Shown here: piece by piece, positions 63,235 to 64,000 of the stretch
Layout: each line of letters starts with the position of its first letter
Position numbering within the stretch: position 1 is the stretch's first letter
Assembly (NCBI RefSeq): GCF_006345805.1
Contig: NC_043000.1
Coordinates: 3,038,001-3,102,000, forward strand
Length of the DNA stretch: 64,000 bases
Direction of reading: 5' to 3'
DNA from: Octopus sinensis
Taxonomy: Eukaryota
Made by a program: the position numbers and the translations under genes
The notes under the pieces: generated by a model
Database searches by the model: none
What the model saw: the letters and a program-made list of their open reading frames with translations, nothing else
What the model was told of the DNA's origin: nothing

Positions 63235-63617
63235 TCTTTACTACCCACAAGGGGACAAACAAGGACAGACAAACAGATTAAGTTGATTAGATCGACCCCA
63301 GTGCATAACTGGTACTTAATTTATCGACCCTGAAAGGATGAAAGGCAAAGTCGACCTCGGCAGAATTTGAACTCAGGATGTAACTGCAGACAAAATACCT
63401 ATTTCTTTACTACCCACAAGGGGCTAAACACAGATGGGACAAACAGGGATTAAGTCGATTACATTGACCCCAGTGCATAACTGGTACTTAATTTATAGAC
63501 CCCGAAAGGATGAAAGGCAAAGTCGACCTCAGCGGAATTTGAACTCAGAACGTAATGACAGACGAAATACGGCTATGCATTTTGCCCGGCATGCTAATGT
63601 TTCTGCCAGCTCACCGC
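63235..63617 (-). mobile_element. SINE family B partial tandem dimer
   Basis: Same junction as the other dimers. Confidence 0.9.
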
Positions 63618-63824
63618 CTTATGGCCAGACATGTTCTTGCTGAAGATTGGAAATGAATGACACTGTTTATAAGACAGTGACACCCATTTACAACTATCAC
63701 ACAATGCTCAGACTGGCACAGTTGTGACACCACTGTTGCTACAACAAACAATCATTTTTTGACTTATTACTGCTAATTTTACCACTGCATATAAATACTA
63801 AGAATATTGGTTGCAGCTGATGTT

Positions 63825-64000
63825 ATAGCAATACAAAAAATAAATGCACCCTTTTAAAGCCTAGCCAGGCTCACGGGCCCGGTTTCCTGGTTCCTATGAT
63901 GTATGTGTTCCCCAGCTTGATGGGATGCCAGTTCATTGCAGCGTTACTCATTTTTGCCAGCTGAGTGGACTGGAGCAACGTGAAATGAAGTGTTTTGCTC
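63825..64000 (-). mobile_element. SINE family D (runs off the window)
   Basis: Reverse complement of the 3' part of 4778-5030. Confidence 0.9.

Overview
This is AT-rich, repeat-saturated eukaryotic DNA with no prokaryotic features (no operons, CRISPR or rRNA). From my recollection of the SINE and microsatellite landscape it is most likely an octopus (coleoid cephalopod) genome; that is an inference, not a database result. No host protein-coding gene can be called, and nearly all ORFs in the track are translations of microsatellites or SINEs, so the window looks intronic or intergenic. It holds dozens of copies of about five tRNA-headed SINE families (my labels A-E) and many 5'-truncated copies of a (GAT)n-tailed element F that appears to be an RTE LINE 3' UTR. 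Decayed LINE 3' ends include RTE, CR1, an R4/Dong-like and two HERO-like restriction-endonuclease elements. DNA transposon remnants include an internally deleted DD37D (maT) Tc1/mariner, several MITEs and a probable non-autonomous Helitron. The most striking unannotated signal is four unrelated short elements in or beside (TA)n tracts. Each carries a minimal type I hammerhead ribozyme of the Penelope-like kind, each is associated with a fold-back or inverted duplication, and each lacks a Watson-Crick pair at the first position of stem II. Also notable are a clean twin-priming inversion in an RTE element with a 12-bp TSD, a strong candidate recursive splice site, and several near-perfect hairpins or inverted pairs that could form dsRNA.
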